A DNA stretch of 64,000 nt from Bryobacterales bacterium (GTDB lineage: Bacteria; Acidobacteriota; Terriglobia; Bryobacterales; Bryobacteraceae). The notes under the pieces are model-generated. The model was not told the DNA's origin. It did no database searches and saw nothing but the letters and a program-made list of their open reading frames with translations. Both the position numbers and the translations under genes were made by a program. The stretch spans positions 204,139 to 268,138 of the forward strand of contig CAWFQW010000006.1 of the NCBI GenBank assembly GCA_963818065.1, written 5' to 3'. Positions 19,113 to 30,031 of this stretch are shown piece by piece (the stretch's first letter is position 1; the number at the start of each line of letters is the position of its first letter).

Positions 19113-20632
19113 TTATTCTGCGCCTCGCAGGGATGCCCCAACTTCGGATCGGCGCCATGCTTGGCCAACAGCTCCGCGCCTTCCTTGTTATAAAGGACAC
19201 CGCCCAGACGGTCGCCGTCGCCATGCGCCGCGAGATAAGGTGTCACGCCGGCCTTGCTGACCGCATTCACATTGACGCCCAGATCGATCAACTGCGCCAG
19301 GAGTTTATTCCACCCGCGATAGCCCGGGCCGAACAAAGCATTCTCGCCAAACGTTGTCTCGCCCTTCGGGTCGACGCCGAGATCCAACAGCAGCTTTACC
19401 GTCTCCATCGCTTGGGCCTCCGTGACGGTGTCCTCTCCGATGGAATGGTTCAATCCTGCAGCAGCCATGATGGCCGACGCGTTCGTGGCCGTAAGTATTT
19501 TGGGATCGGCGCCGGCGTCGAGAAGAATGTGCATCATCTCGATGTCATTGGCCGAAGCAGCGAGTACGAAAGGCGTCGCACCGGTGGCGTCCAGGTAGCC
19601 GCCCGCGAACTGCGGCTGCGGTTTCGTCGCGCGCGCATTCACATTCGCTCCGTGGGCCAGCAGTGCTTTCACCAGCCGCAGCTTGGCCTGGCGATCCGGA
19701 ATGCCGGACATGGGATCGTCAAAACCGTACACAGGATTCGCGGTGAAGCTTTCCCACTGGCTGGATGCCCAATGTAGCGGTGTAAAACCGGCCGCGATGT
19801 TGTTGGGATCGGCGCCATGATCCAGCAAATACAGCGCGAGGTCCACTTGGCCTCGTACCACGGCCACCAGCAACGGAGTGTACCCGAGAGTGCCCTGGCT
19901 CTTGGCAATCCCGAGGAAAGACGAAACGCGGTTGGTGCTGCCCTCGGCGGTGTGCGTCAGGATGTTGACGTCGACTCCCGCGGCGGTCAACAACTTTACG
20001 CTTTCCAGATCACCGAGGCGTGCCGCAAAGTGAATCGCTGTGAATCCCTGTTTGGAATTGGCCGTGAGATCCGCGTGGGCGTCGATGAGCGCTTTCACGA
20101 CGTCGGAGTGACGCTCCGCCGCGGCCCACATCAACGCCGTCTGATTCTGCGCCGGCTCTTTTGCGTTCACTGCCGCGCCGTACTCGATCAGCATGCGAAC
20201 GGCGTCGACACTGCCGCTCTTGGCGCAGGTCATCAGCGGAGTCACGCTCGTGGCTACGGCCGTGTTTGGATTGGCGCCCGATTTCAGGAGCAACCGCACC
20301 AATGCGGAATTTCCGTTGGTGCAGGCTTCCGATAGCGGCGTCATTCGGAAGTCATTTATGGCGTTCGCGTCCGCACCGGCGCCGAGCAGAAGATTCGCCG
20401 TGTCCAAATCATTCCAATGCGCCAGCCAAAGGAGCGCGGTCGAACCGTCGCTGGATCGGGCATTCACGTCAACCTTCTGAGTCACGAGCGCGCGAACGGC
20501 GTTTTGGTCTTGGTTTCTGGCAGCGTCCACCAGTAGCGAATCGGTTGGTTCTGCGGCGTGCGCCAAACCAGGCGCCAGGAGCAGCGTCAACGCCAGCGCT
20601 GGCCCGCAGTGCTTAAGGAAGTGATCAAACAT
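19094..20632 (-). CDS. secreted ankyrin-repeat protein
   Basis: 512 aa. Signal peptide ALALTLLLAPGLAHA, then more than 10 ankyrin repeats (G.T.L..AA..G....V..LL..GADVN). Confidence 0.9.
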   Translation of the reverse strand: MFDHFLKHCGPALALTLLLAPGLAHAAEPTDSLLVDAARNQDQNAVRALVTQKVDVNARSSDGSTALLWLAHWNDLDTANLLLGAGADANAINDFRMTPLSEACTNGNSALVRLLLKSGANPNTAVATSVTPLMTCAKSGSVDAVRMLIEYGAAVNAKEPAQNQTALMWAAAERHSDVVKALIDAHADLTANSKQGFTAIHFAARLGDLESVKLLTAAGVDVNILTHTAEGSTNRVSSFLGIAKSQGTLGYTPLLVAVVRGQVDLALYLLDHGADPNNIAAGFTPLHWASSQWESFTANPVYGFDDPMSGIPDRQAKLRLVKALLAHGANVNARATKPQPQFAGGYLDATGATPFVLAASANDIEMMHILLDAGADPKILTATNASAIMAAAGLNHSIGEDTVTEAQAMETVKLLLDLGVDPKGETTFGENALFGPGYRGWNKLLAQLIDLGVNVNAVSKAGVTPYLAAHGDGDRLGGVLYNKEGAELLAKHGADPKLGHPCEAQNKCRAEQ

Positions 20633-20921
20633 CCCGCGCCTCCCAATTGTGGCTCGCAGCCATTATATGAGATTCGAACCTCTCAGGCTGCTGTGATCGC
20701 TCGTGGTAGCCTTCGCCGGTATCCTAGGAGTTTTCCGCTGTTTACCCTAGGCGAAATCCGCCGCCTGCCGATGGAGTAACTGAAGACGTCGCGATGGCGC
20801 ATTTGAAGAGAAATTAATGCGATGTATCTGACTGATTATGCAGCCAGCCATTACCCACGGTACGTCCAAACTTTGGGGCCGCTCGCGCCCGATGCTATAT
20901 TTTAGACTCATACGTTAGTCC

Positions 20922-23471
20922 ATGCCCTTTCAGATTCAACCGGTTAAAGAATTTCTAGTCCGCCCCGCTCTACCCCCAGCGCTCTCCAGGATGGGTGACC
21001 TCGCCTATAACCTCCTCTGGAGCTGGGATCACACTGTCCGATCGCTGTTCCGCCGACTGGATTCGGCGCTGTGGAAGAATTGCCGGCACAACCCCGTTTT
21101 GATGCTCGGCCGCGTTCCGCAGCCGATTTTGGAGCGCGCGGCAGCCGACCCTCGCTTTCTCAGCGCGTACCGGAAAGCCTGCGAACGTTATTCCAGTTAC
21201 CTGGAGCGCTCCGAACCCATCGACGATCGGTTGATCGCCTATTTTTCGATGGAGTACGGCTTGGTGGAATGCATGCCGATCTACAGCGGCGGCTTGGGTG
21301 TGCTTTCGGGCGATCACTTGAAGGCGTCCAGTGACGGCGATATTCCTCTGGTTGCCGTGGGCCTGCTGTACCAGAAGGGTTATCTGCAGCAAGCCCTGAA
21401 CCCGGATGGCTGGCAGCAAGAGCGCAACCCCGTCAACGACTTTTATACCCTTCCGGTCCGGCCGATGGTCGACGAAGAAGGGCGCGACATGAAGGTGCAG
21501 GTGGAGCTGCCCACCGGCGTGGTGGTAATCAAGATCTGGCACATCGCAGTAGGGCGAGTAAAACTCTACCTGCTCGATACCAACATCCCGGAAAACGATC
21601 GGGCAGAACACCGCGGGATCACCGATCAACTCTACGGCGGCGATATTCTGACCCGGATGCGGCAGGAGATTGTTTTGGGGATTGGCGGCCTGCGGGCGCT
21701 CGACCGGCTCGGCCTAAAGCCCACCGTGTGGCACATGAACGAAGGTCACTCGGCCTTCTTAGCGATCGAGCGCATGCGACGCCTCATCAAGGAGTACAAG
21801 CTGTCCTTTGACGAAGCGCTGGAGGCTTGCCGTTCCAATAGCGTCTTCACCACTCATACTTCGGTTCCGGCCGGGATCGACTTGTTCGAGCCGGGTCTTC
21901 TGTATGAATACTTCAGCGAGTATTGCGCCGAAGCCGGCATTCCGTTCGAGAGATTTCTCGCGCTGGGCCGGGTCCGCCCCGAGAATCATAACGAGCCGTT
22001 CTCGATGGCGATCTCTGCGATTCAGACTTCGGCTTTTCGAAACGCGGTTAGCACCCTGCATCGCCAAGTCTCGCAGGAGATGTGGCAGGATTTGTGGCCC
22101 AAGCTGCCGGTATGGGAAGTTCCAATCACCTCGGTCACCAATGGGGTACATTTGCTGACCTGGTTGAACGGTGATCTGGCGTTGCTCTACGATCAACATC
22201 TGCAGCCCGATTGGCGGGAGCGAAACTCCGACCAGAAAATTTGGGACCTGGTGGAAGATATGCCCTCGCAGGAGCTATGGGAGGCGCATCGCCGCCGCAA
22301 GCGCTTCCTGGTGGCCTTCGTGCGCGAGCGAGTAGTGGCTGCGGCCGTGGCGCGCAAAGCTTCTTCAGCCGAGCAGCGGCGCCTGGCCGAAGTGCTCGAC
22401 CCCGACACTCTCACCATCGGATTCGCCCGCCGCTTTGCCACCTACAAACGCGCCACCCTGTTGTTCCGCGATGTCGAGCGGCTCAAGCGGCTTTTGACCA
22501 ATCCCGATCGCCCAGTCCAGATTGTGATTGCCGGAAAAGCGCACCCCCGCGATCTGCCGGGGAAGACGCTCATCCGCGAAATCGTCCAGCTCTCTCGATC
22601 GCCCGAGCTCTCCAAGCACATCGTGTTCGTCGAAGATTACAGCATCGAGGTTGCCCGCGAGATGGTACAAGGAGTCGACCTTTGGCTGAACACTCCCCGC
22701 CGCGGCGAGGAAGCTTGTGGAACCAGCGGTATGAAAGCGGGAATGAACGGGGTGCTCAACCTGAGCATCTTGGATGGCTGGTTCGACGAAGCTTACGAAA
22801 TCTCCGGTGGTTGGGCCATTGGCGATCGGGAACCGTACGCCCCAGACCAGGACGAAACCCACGCTCGCGCCATTTATTCCATATTGGAAAACGAAATTGT
22901 GCCGATGTACTATCAGGATCGCGAGGGTGGCGTTCCGGTGGACTGGATTCGCCGCGTGAAGCAGTCCTTGCAGAATATCAGCTATAGATTCAACTCTGGG
23001 CGGATGGTCAGCGAGTATATGTCGCAACTGTACGAACCGGCCCATCAGGCGTATCTGGAAATCTCGCACGATTGCTTCCAGCCGGCCCGCCAGCGAGCGA
23101 GCTGGAATCTGCGGGTGCAGCAGGTGTGGGATAAGGTCGGGTTTTTGGAGGTTGGGCCGGGCCCCGAGGTTTCGATCATGGCGGGCCTTCCCATTCCCGT
23201 GCGCGCGGTTGTGAATTTGGCCGGCCTTTCGCCTGGCGACGTACGCGTGGAAGCCGTGGTGGGACGCATCGGCGTCAATGGAAACCTGGAGGAGACCCAG
23301 GTGATGAGTCTTCCGGCGGTGGAACAAAACGGTAACGATTGCGTGTTCCTTAAGGACTTCGTGCCGCATCAAACCGGTAGACTGGGCTATTCGCTGCGAA
23401 TTAGCCCCAATCACTACGAGGATCCCCTGACACGGCCTTGTAATTCGTTGTTGAAGTGGAGCGGGGAATAA
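20922..23471 (+). CDS. glgP: alpha-glucan phosphorylase (GT35, GlgP family with DUF3417 N-terminus)
   Basis: Intact 849-aa ORF. It carries SMEYGL...YSGGLGVLSGDHLK, and EACGTSGMKAGMNG is the PLP-Lys region. Confidence 0.9.
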   Translation: MPFQIQPVKEFLVRPALPPALSRMGDLAYNLLWSWDHTVRSLFRRLDSALWKNCRHNPVLMLGRVPQPILERAAADPRFLSAYRKACERYSSYLERSEPIDDRLIAYFSMEYGLVECMPIYSGGLGVLSGDHLKASSDGDIPLVAVGLLYQKGYLQQALNPDGWQQERNPVNDFYTLPVRPMVDEEGRDMKVQVELPTGVVVIKIWHIAVGRVKLYLLDTNIPENDRAEHRGITDQLYGGDILTRMRQEIVLGIGGLRALDRLGLKPTVWHMNEGHSAFLAIERMRRLIKEYKLSFDEALEACRSNSVFTTHTSVPAGIDLFEPGLLYEYFSEYCAEAGIPFERFLALGRVRPENHNEPFSMAISAIQTSAFRNAVSTLHRQVSQEMWQDLWPKLPVWEVPITSVTNGVHLLTWLNGDLALLYDQHLQPDWRERNSDQKIWDLVEDMPSQELWEAHRRRKRFLVAFVRERVVAAAVARKASSAEQRRLAEVLDPDTLTIGFARRFATYKRATLLFRDVERLKRLLTNPDRPVQIVIAGKAHPRDLPGKTLIREIVQLSRSPELSKHIVFVEDYSIEVAREMVQGVDLWLNTPRRGEEACGTSGMKAGMNGVLNLSILDGWFDEAYEISGGWAIGDREPYAPDQDETHARAIYSILENEIVPMYYQDREGGVPVDWIRRVKQSLQNISYRFNSGRMVSEYMSQLYEPAHQAYLEISHDCFQPARQRASWNLRVQQVWDKVGFLEVGPGPEVSIMAGLPIPVRAVVNLAGLSPGDVRVEAVVGRIGVNGNLEETQVMSLPAVEQNGNDCVFLKDFVPHQTGRLGYSLRISPNHYEDPLTRPCNSLLKWSGE

Positions 23472-23794
23472 GCGGATAGGCGTAAACGTTCGTTTGGTAC
23501 TAATGTTTGGTACTGGATAAGGTCTCTCGATCACGTTTAGATTTCAGTAGCTTCTGAGATTGATTCGTGGTACATAGTATGTAGGCGTAAGCGGAACAAT
23601 GTTTTTTCCAGCTTCAGCCGGTTCCCGCAGAAATCCTCCGCATTGATCCTCAAGCATGCCGGCACAGGGCGGGAAGCCCACAAAATTATTGAGGCCAGCG
23701 GAGTAGTACCAAGCGCTTGTGCGCTTCAAAGTGACTACATTCGATCAAGCCGCTAAAGTTGCGAGGGCGCAAGTTCCAGGAGTCGATTTGACAC

Positions 23795-24283
23795 ATGGAC
23801 GACGACCGTAAGTATAGACAACGGGGCTACATGGACACTAATGGCGGGTCCAACGACCGCCGGCTCCCCGACCGGCCAAAGCCTTCCGGGCCTCGGCCGC
23901 CTCTGGACGTCACCGGTCCCCGGCTCCCCCGGCTGCTCCAAAGCGTGGTTGCGGCGCGCTGTTTTAACTGCTCCACCGCGCTTTCGCCCGATGCGGACTG
24001 GAAAGGCAAGTGTCCCAAATGCGGCGTCGCCTTGCATTGCTGCAAGCAATGCGCCCACTTCGAACCTTCCACTCGCTTTCAGTGCCTGAAGCCGGTTCCC
24101 GTACGAATCGCCTACAAGGATCAAGCCAACGAGTGCGATCTGTTTAAACCGCGCGTTACGGTGGCCCGCGACGCAGCGCCCGCCAACAATAACAATCACA
24201 ATGGCGCCGCTGCACAACAAGCGCCGCGAACGCCGACCGACGCCCGCGCCGCTTTCGACAGTTTATTCAAGAAGCCCGAGTAA
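23795..24283 (+). CDS. zinc-ribbon hypothetical protein
   Basis: 162 aa. CFNC...CPKC...CCKQC cysteine pairs with low-complexity termini. Confidence 0.6.
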   Translation: MDDDRKYRQRGYMDTNGGSNDRRLPDRPKPSGPRPPLDVTGPRLPRLLQSVVAARCFNCSTALSPDADWKGKCPKCGVALHCCKQCAHFEPSTRFQCLKPVPVRIAYKDQANECDLFKPRVTVARDAAPANNNNHNGAAAQQAPRTPTDARAAFDSLFKKPE

Positions 24284-25181
24284 TTGGACTTTGTTCGGCG
24301 TTTAGCGGCACGTTGACTTCGGCGCTCTGCGCCGAGGGCGACGAAAGAAAATCCAAAGCTTTGCTCAAATAGTTCTTCAAGTCGGCGCGCTTCACCACTG
24401 CATCCAGAAAGCCGTGTTGCAGCAGGAACTCGCTGGTTTGAAAGCCGGCCGGCAGCTTCTGCCGGATGGTCTGTTCGATCACGCGCGGCCCCGCGAAGCC
24501 GATCTGCGCGCCTGGTTCGGCGAGGTTCAGATCGCCCAGCATCGCGAAACTGGCCGTCACGCCGCCTGTGGTAGGGTCCGTCAGGACGCTGATGTATGGA
24601 ACACGGGCCTCGTCCAGCCGCATCAGCGCGGCGGAGATCTTGGCCATCTGCATCAGGCTGATGGCGCCCTCCTGCATGCGCGCGCCTCCCGACGCCGAGA
24701 CGATAATCAGCGGAACCTTGTGCTGGAGGGACCGTTCAATGGCGCGCGTGATCACCTCGCCCACCACGGTTCCCATGCTGCCGCCCACAAACTTCAGCTC
24801 CATGGCGCACACATGCACGCGGCGGCCATTCAGGTTGCCGCCCGCGGAGATGATCGCGTCGCGTAAATGCGTGGCTTCTTGCGATGCCGCCAGGCGGTCG
24901 GTATATTTCTTGGAGTCGACAAACGCCAGCGGATCGGTGGAAACCAGACTCTGATCGAACTCTTCGAACTTGCCGTCGTCGAACAGCATGGCCAGGCGCG
25001 TCCGCGCGTCTAACCGTCCATGGTGGCCGCACTTAGGGCAAACCTGGAAATTGTCCTCCAGCGCCTTGCGCCACACGATCTGGCCGCAGCGCTCGCATTT
25101 CAGCCACAGGCCTTCGGTGCGTACGCGTTTCTCGCTGTCTTCGCGCTTTACCGAAGGCTTATCTCGAGTGAACCAAGCCAT
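24267..25181 (-). CDS. accD: acetyl-CoA carboxylase carboxyltransferase subunit beta
   Basis: N-terminal Zn ribbon CERCGQ...CPKCGHH, followed by the carboxyltransferase domain GGSMG...SGGARMQEG. Confidence 0.95.
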   Translation of the reverse strand: MAWFTRDKPSVKREDSEKRVRTEGLWLKCERCGQIVWRKALEDNFQVCPKCGHHGRLDARTRLAMLFDDGKFEEFDQSLVSTDPLAFVDSKKYTDRLAASQEATHLRDAIISAGGNLNGRRVHVCAMELKFVGGSMGTVVGEVITRAIERSLQHKVPLIIVSASGGARMQEGAISLMQMAKISAALMRLDEARVPYISVLTDPTTGGVTASFAMLGDLNLAEPGAQIGFAGPRVIEQTIRQKLPAGFQTSEFLLQHGFLDAVVKRADLKNYLSKALDFLSSPSAQSAEVNVPLNAEQSPITRAS

Positions 25182-25225
25182 GCAGCTTCAGTATAGGGGG
25201 TGAGTTGCGGCTTGACGTCGGCGCA

Positions 25226-25660
25226 TCACTTCGGGTAGGGATGTCCGCGCAGCAGCGTGAAAGCCCGGTAAATCTGTTCGGCCAGCACCACCCGCGCCAG
25301 CTCATGCGGCATGGTCATTTCCGAAAGCGATAGCAGCAGGTCGCCATTCTTTCGCCCGGCTTTTTCACGCCACGCCGGAAGCAGCCCCTCTGCCCCGCCG
25401 ATCAGGAAAATCAGGTCGCGCGCGGCCTGCTCGGCTCCCGAAACCAAGCGGGCGAATTGCGCCGAATCCATCCGTTTGCCGGCCGGATCGAGCATCACTT
25501 TCGTCGCCGTGGGATGCTTGACCCAAGGATCGAAACGGGCCGGCTGAATCTCGCGCATTTCACACCGTCCGTAGCGCGTGGAACGCTTGATGAACTCCTC
25601 GGCCATGCCGTTGGCGTGCGGATCTCGTGGCTTGCCAACGTAGTAAATTATCACCTTCAT
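25226..25660 (-). CDS. rlmH: 23S rRNA (pseudouridine1915-N3)-methyltransferase
   Basis: 144-aa SPOUT protein with IGGAEGL...LSLSEMTMPHELARVVLAEQIYRA. Confidence 0.9.
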   Translation of the reverse strand: MKVIIYYVGKPRDPHANGMAEEFIKRSTRYGRCEMREIQPARFDPWVKHPTATKVMLDPAGKRMDSAQFARLVSGAEQAARDLIFLIGGAEGLLPAWREKAGRKNGDLLLSLSEMTMPHELARVVLAEQIYRAFTLLRGHPYPK

Positions 25661-25710
25661 GTCATCTTCATGTCATCGCGCGCTCGCATTTACGATATTC
25701 TTAGGTTATT

Positions 25711-27373
25711 ATGGCTGGCGTCGCAGTGAAGTTCATCCCGCGAGAATTGTTGGTTCACACGCCAGATGGCGCCATTCGGCCGCTGCTGCTGGAGCGTGAT
25801 CGCTATACGCTCGGCCGAAGCAGCGCGAATGAGCTTTGTTATCCGGAAGATGCGGGACTTTCCCGCCAGCACCTGGCTTTGGAAAGGAACGGCGACACCT
25901 GGTCGGTCCGCGACTTAGGCAGCAAGAACGGCACCTTCGTCAATGGGGTTCGAATTAATGGCCCCTTCGAGTTGGGCAAGAACGATCGCGTCACTGCCGG
26001 CCACATCGCCCTCGATTTTGGCGAGAATTCGCTGCCGCCGCCTGCCGACGACAAGACCGTCGTCTTCATCGAAGGCTTGACGCCCACTACTTCGGTTTCC
26101 ACCACGGTCGCCACCAGCCTGAAAGGGGTCCTCGGTCAGGAAAAGGAAATCGAAGGCGGTCCGCAGATGCGCGCGCTCATCCGCGCCGGCCGCGAGCTGG
26201 CGGGCAATATGCCGCTCACCGAGCTGTTCAAGCTCATCATGAATCTGTCGGTGGAGGCCGTGGGCGCGACGCGCGGCGTGCTGATGACGCTCGAAGGCAA
26301 CGAACTGGTGGTTCGCTCGGCCTTAGGCGATGGATTCCGGATCAGCAATGCGGTGCGCGATCGCGTGATCAACGAGAAAACGTCGCTGCTGGTGCGCGAC
26401 GCGCGTCTGGATGAAGCGTTCGCGGACAGAATGAGCATCGTCCAGCAGCAGATTCGCAGCATGCTCGCCGTCCCGCTCCAAACCGACGACCGCGTCATCG
26501 GGCTCATCTATCTGGACTCGCCGCACTTTATCAAAGAGTTCACGAAGGACGACTTGAGTTTGCTCACCGTGATGGCCAACGTAGCGGCCATCCGCATCGA
26601 ACACACGCGTTTGGCCGAGGTGGAGCAAGCCGAGCGGATCCACGCCAAACAACTGGAGCAGGCCGCCGAGATCCAGCGTGGCTTGTTGCCGGTGAAAGCT
26701 CCCAATGTGCCTGGAGTGGATTTGGCCGGATACAACGCCGCGTGCCACACGGTGGGCGGCGATTACTACGATTTCCTGGTCTACCCCGATGGCCGTGTAG
26801 GAGTGCTGGTCGGCGATGTGGCAGGGAAGGGAATGCCGGCCGCGTTGTTGATGTCCAGCCTTCAGGCCCGCGTGCAGGTTTTGTTCGACGACCCCACGAA
26901 TTTGGCCGCATTGGTTACCCGGCTGAACCGGATCATTACTTCCAACTGTCCGTCCAACCGTTTCATCACGTTCTTCATCGGCATCCTCGACCCCACGACC
27001 GGCGAGCTGACTTATGTGAATGCCGGTCATAATCCGCCGCTGGTGGCTCACGCCGACGGAACCGTGGAAAAATTGGATGGCACCGGCCTGATTCTGGGTA
27101 TTTTGTCAGTCGCCCAGTACACGCAGCAAACCTGTACCTTGGCGCCAGGCGACGCCCTGCTTCTCTTCAGCGATGGCGTGAGCGAACCGGTCCGGCCGGA
27201 CTCCGACGAAGAATTTGGCGAAGATCGGCTGGCCCAGAACTTTGGCGAAATTGCGGGATGAGGATGCGCAGACGATCATCGACACCATCAATCAGCAAGT
27301 ACGCGAGTTCACCTGCGGCATGCCGCTGCCGGACGACATCACGTTGGTGGTCGCAAAGCGGACGGCGATATAG
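25711..27373 (+). pseudogene. FHA-GAF-PP2C (SpoIIE-type) phosphatase, frameshift near 27233
   Basis: ORF 25711..27261 holds FHA (YTLGRSS...LSRQHLAL...GSKNGTFVNG), GAF and PP2C (GGDYYDF...GDVAGKGMPAAL). The conserved C-terminus ...LAKLRDEDAQTIIDTINQQVREF...PLPDDITLVVAKRTAI* continues in the next frame to TAG at 27371-27373. Confidence 0.85.
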
Positions 27374-27403
27374 ACAGCCTGGGCTGCCCCTCGATCGATC
27401 CGG

Positions 27404-28151
27404 TTAATCCACGATCTTCGGCACGATCACCAGAATCAGCGCATCGCCTGCGCTGTTGATGCTGGATTTGCCCACCACGGTCTTTTGGCCTTCTTTCACG
27501 TCCAGGTCCGTAGAGATTTTAGCCGGAGTTTGCGTGTGATCGGTGGTTACGTTGTCCTTGGTAGTGGTGGTGACTTTTTGGGCCGCGAAGATTGAAACGC
27601 AGTCCATTGATGTGTACCGTCCTCGGATCCCCCGGAGAGACCTCCAGACTGTTGTAAGCCAAGAGGTACGTCAAGTTGGTTGTGCCGGGAAGCACTCCTT
27701 CACTTTCCGTCTCCCTGCCCTGGAACGGCCTGCCGGTGCGTCCGCGAAGCACCAGCGTATCCGACAACTTATAGCTTTTGTACGCAAACATCCCATGCAA
27801 TTGCTTTATCGTCGAAGCGAGTTCCTGAGGCACGTCATCGCTTGCCGTTCCTTGCGCAACGCCGGAAATCAGATATACCGCCAACTCAACATCCGGCTCG
27901 GCGGAAAGCGGCACATCCAGCTTCTGAATGGCGGCGGTGACGGCAGCCACAAGATCCGGTGGGCCGGAGACACCGATCACGTGTAAGGCGGAGTCCGCTC
28001 TCATGTTTGCGTTGAACGTTTGCCGAAGCAGATCTGCCAGGCGATTGGGGTCGGCGTACTTCACGTCAATGATGGCCTGCGTACTCTTGGGTGCCTCCTG
28101 CGCCCAAGCGGCAGCCGTCATCAGCAAAAGTGCCAAAAGCGTCGGCTTCAT
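27404..28151 (-). pseudogene. secreted protein with secretin-N-like domains, frameshift near 27600
   Basis: ORF 27519..28151 has a signal peptide and IDVKYADPNRLADLLRQTF-type repeats. ORF 27404..27607 holds the C-terminal part. It lies downstream of the sigma/anti-sigma pair on the same strand. Confidence 0.5.
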
Positions 28152-28163
28152 TTTGATCTCTCC

Positions 28164-28610
28164 TTAATCGACTATCCAATACACAACCACGTCCGGATCG
28201 GGCGTCAGCATTTTCACCAGCAGCGGCTGCTCCGGCTGCGCGCTTCGGCGAGCAGGCTTAGGCTTTCGGCGTAAAGGTGGCTTTAGCGTCGGCGCGGGCG
28301 GTAGCTTGGCCGTTACAGTCACGGGTGCGGTTACGGGCTGGGGATGCGGTGATGGCTGCTGGAATCCTTGGTGTGCGATTAGTACCAAAAGAACCGCGGC
28401 CGCCGCGGCCGCTAGCCAAGGAAGAATCGGGCGCCGCTCGGCGATCCTTACGCTGGGTAGCTCCTCATCTCTGAATGAATTCAGAGCCAGCGCGTTCGCG
28501 TGCAATTCTTCTTGGATTGCCCGGCACGTCACGCAACCTGTTAGGTGATCCGCTACGGCCGCCTCTGGTCGGCCATCCGCCAACAACAACTCACATTCCT
28601 CGCACTTCAT
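28164..28610 (-). CDS. anti-sigma factor (zf-HC2)
   Basis: N-terminus MKCEECELLLAD...HLTGCVTCRA, one TM helix, and a Pro-rich periplasmic tail. It overlaps the sigma gene by 4 nt. Confidence 0.8.
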   Translation of the reverse strand: MKCEECELLLADGRPEAAVADHLTGCVTCRAIQEELHANALALNSFRDEELPSVRIAERRPILPWLAAAAAAVLLVLIAHQGFQQPSPHPQPVTAPVTVTAKLPPAPTLKPPLRRKPKPARRSAQPEQPLLVKMLTPDPDVVVYWIVD

Positions 28611-29134
28611 TGCCGGCTCCTCACGTATTTCGCTAACTTCACGCGCGCGATCGAGATGTGGCTGCGCACGGTCCCCTCTTCCACACCCAGAATTGCCGCG
28701 GTCTCGGCCGTCGACAGGCCTTCGATATCTCTCAACACCACCGATGTTCGCTCCCGTTCGGACAAAATGGCCAGCCCATCCATCAACAACCGCTTTCGCT
28801 CATCGAGCGTGATGGCACGCTCTGGATCGGGCGCCGGGTCCGCCCGATCATCGTCCAATTCAATCACCGGCATCCGCCTGCGGTGATGATCGTTGCAAAC
28901 GTTCACCGTCACCCGGTATAGCCAGGCTTTGGGATCGCCATCCATCCGGTCCAGATTCCGGAACAGCCGCAGAAAGACTTCTTGCGACGCGTCCTGCGCG
29001 TCCTCCACTCGGCCCAGAAGACGGTACGCCGTCCGCAGCACCAGGGGCTCATGAGCGGCCACCAACTCCTCAAAAACCCGTCCGCCGGTGCGTTCTCTGG
29101 GGAAAATCGGCAGTGTTAACTCTCCGGCTGTCAC
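28607..29134 (-). CDS. ECF-type RNA polymerase sigma-70 factor
   Basis: Region 2 (DAQDASQEVFLRLF...WLYRVTVN) and region 4 (GLSTAETAAILGVEEGTVRSHISIAR). Confidence 0.9.
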   Translation of the reverse strand: MTAGELTLPIFPRERTGGRVFEELVAAHEPLVLRTAYRLLGRVEDAQDASQEVFLRLFRNLDRMDGDPKAWLYRVTVNVCNDHHRRRMPVIELDDDRADPAPDPERAITLDERKRLLMDGLAILSERERTSVVLRDIEGLSTAETAAILGVEEGTVRSHISIARVKLAKYVRSRQ

Positions 29135-29175
29135 TTCATAGGGATATACGCTCGGGGAGCCGGATTCGTTGAGTA

Positions 29176-30031
29176 CTAATTAGTAGTGGTGATCTTGTGT
29201 TTCTTGAGCCACTTGAAAATCTGCGGCCACAGCTCATCCATCTGCTGGGGCGTGAAGCCGTGCTGTGCCCCAGGAACGGTGATCAATTCTGCATCGCCGC
29301 CCGCGCTCTTGATCGCTCTGATTAAATTCACGCTCTGCTGGTAGGGCACTAGCGGATCCGCGTCGCCATGCAGCGCGAGAATAGGTGGCAGTCCTTTGCG
29401 CACGTAGGTCATCGGCGACATCTGGCGCGCCAATTCCAGGCGATTCGGCTGCTCTGGAATCCACTGGGCGGCGTATTCTCTCGCGTTCGGACCGGCGAGT
29501 TGATCGGCCACGTCTGCGATGCCGAAGAAATCGATCACCCCTGCGATCTTCACGGACGGGCCCAGGTTCGCGCGGCTGGCGTCATCCCGACCATCAGCGC
29601 AAGATGCCCTCCAGCCGAGTCGCCGCTGACCAGAATCCGGTTAGGATCAACGTTGTATTTAGCGGCATGATCATGGAACCACTGCGCGGCTTGAAGCACA
29701 TCACTCACTGCGGCCGGTGCCGGCGCCGCTTTCGCCAGCCGGTACTCGACATTCGCCACCACGAAGCCGTGCCGGATAAACGGAAGGCAAATCCTGTCTA
29801 CGCGTGTTCTCCTTGTCGCCCTGCAATCCAGCCTCCACCGTGGATGACAATCATGCCCGGACGGTTCCCCAGCGCGGGCGCGCTTGGCTGCAGAATGTCG
29901 AGCACGGTCTCCGGATATTTGTCGTAGCGGATATTAGCTTCGATCTGGTAATCCAGCGCGGAAGCAGCGGAACACCAGGCGAGCAATAATAGGACGGAAG
30001 AGGAAACGATGCCGCGGCGCGTCACAATCAT
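29176..30031 (-). pseudogene. alpha/beta hydrolase (esterase/lipase type), split over three frames
   Basis: ORF 29798..30247 has an internal ATG at 30031, a signal peptide and the oxyanion motif VIHGGGW. ORF 29550..29762 carries the nucleophile elbow GDSAGG. ORF 29176..29553 carries LHGDADPLVP...GAQHGF, with the catalytic Asp and His. Confidence 0.75.

Noticed and set aside
20655-20735. tRNA-like element. The minus strand reads ...GAGAGGTTCGAATCTC...GCGAGCCA, resembling a T-loop followed by a CCA end.
   Set aside because: The T-stem does not pair (AGAGG versus CTCAT). Seven extra nucleotides separate it from any acceptor strand. No D or anticodon arm could be folded by hand. It is treated as a chance match in the glgP upstream spacer.
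23544-23729. 61-aa minus-strand ORF in the A+T-rich spacer after glgP.
   Set aside because: No start context or family signal was found. It is likely a spurious ORF.
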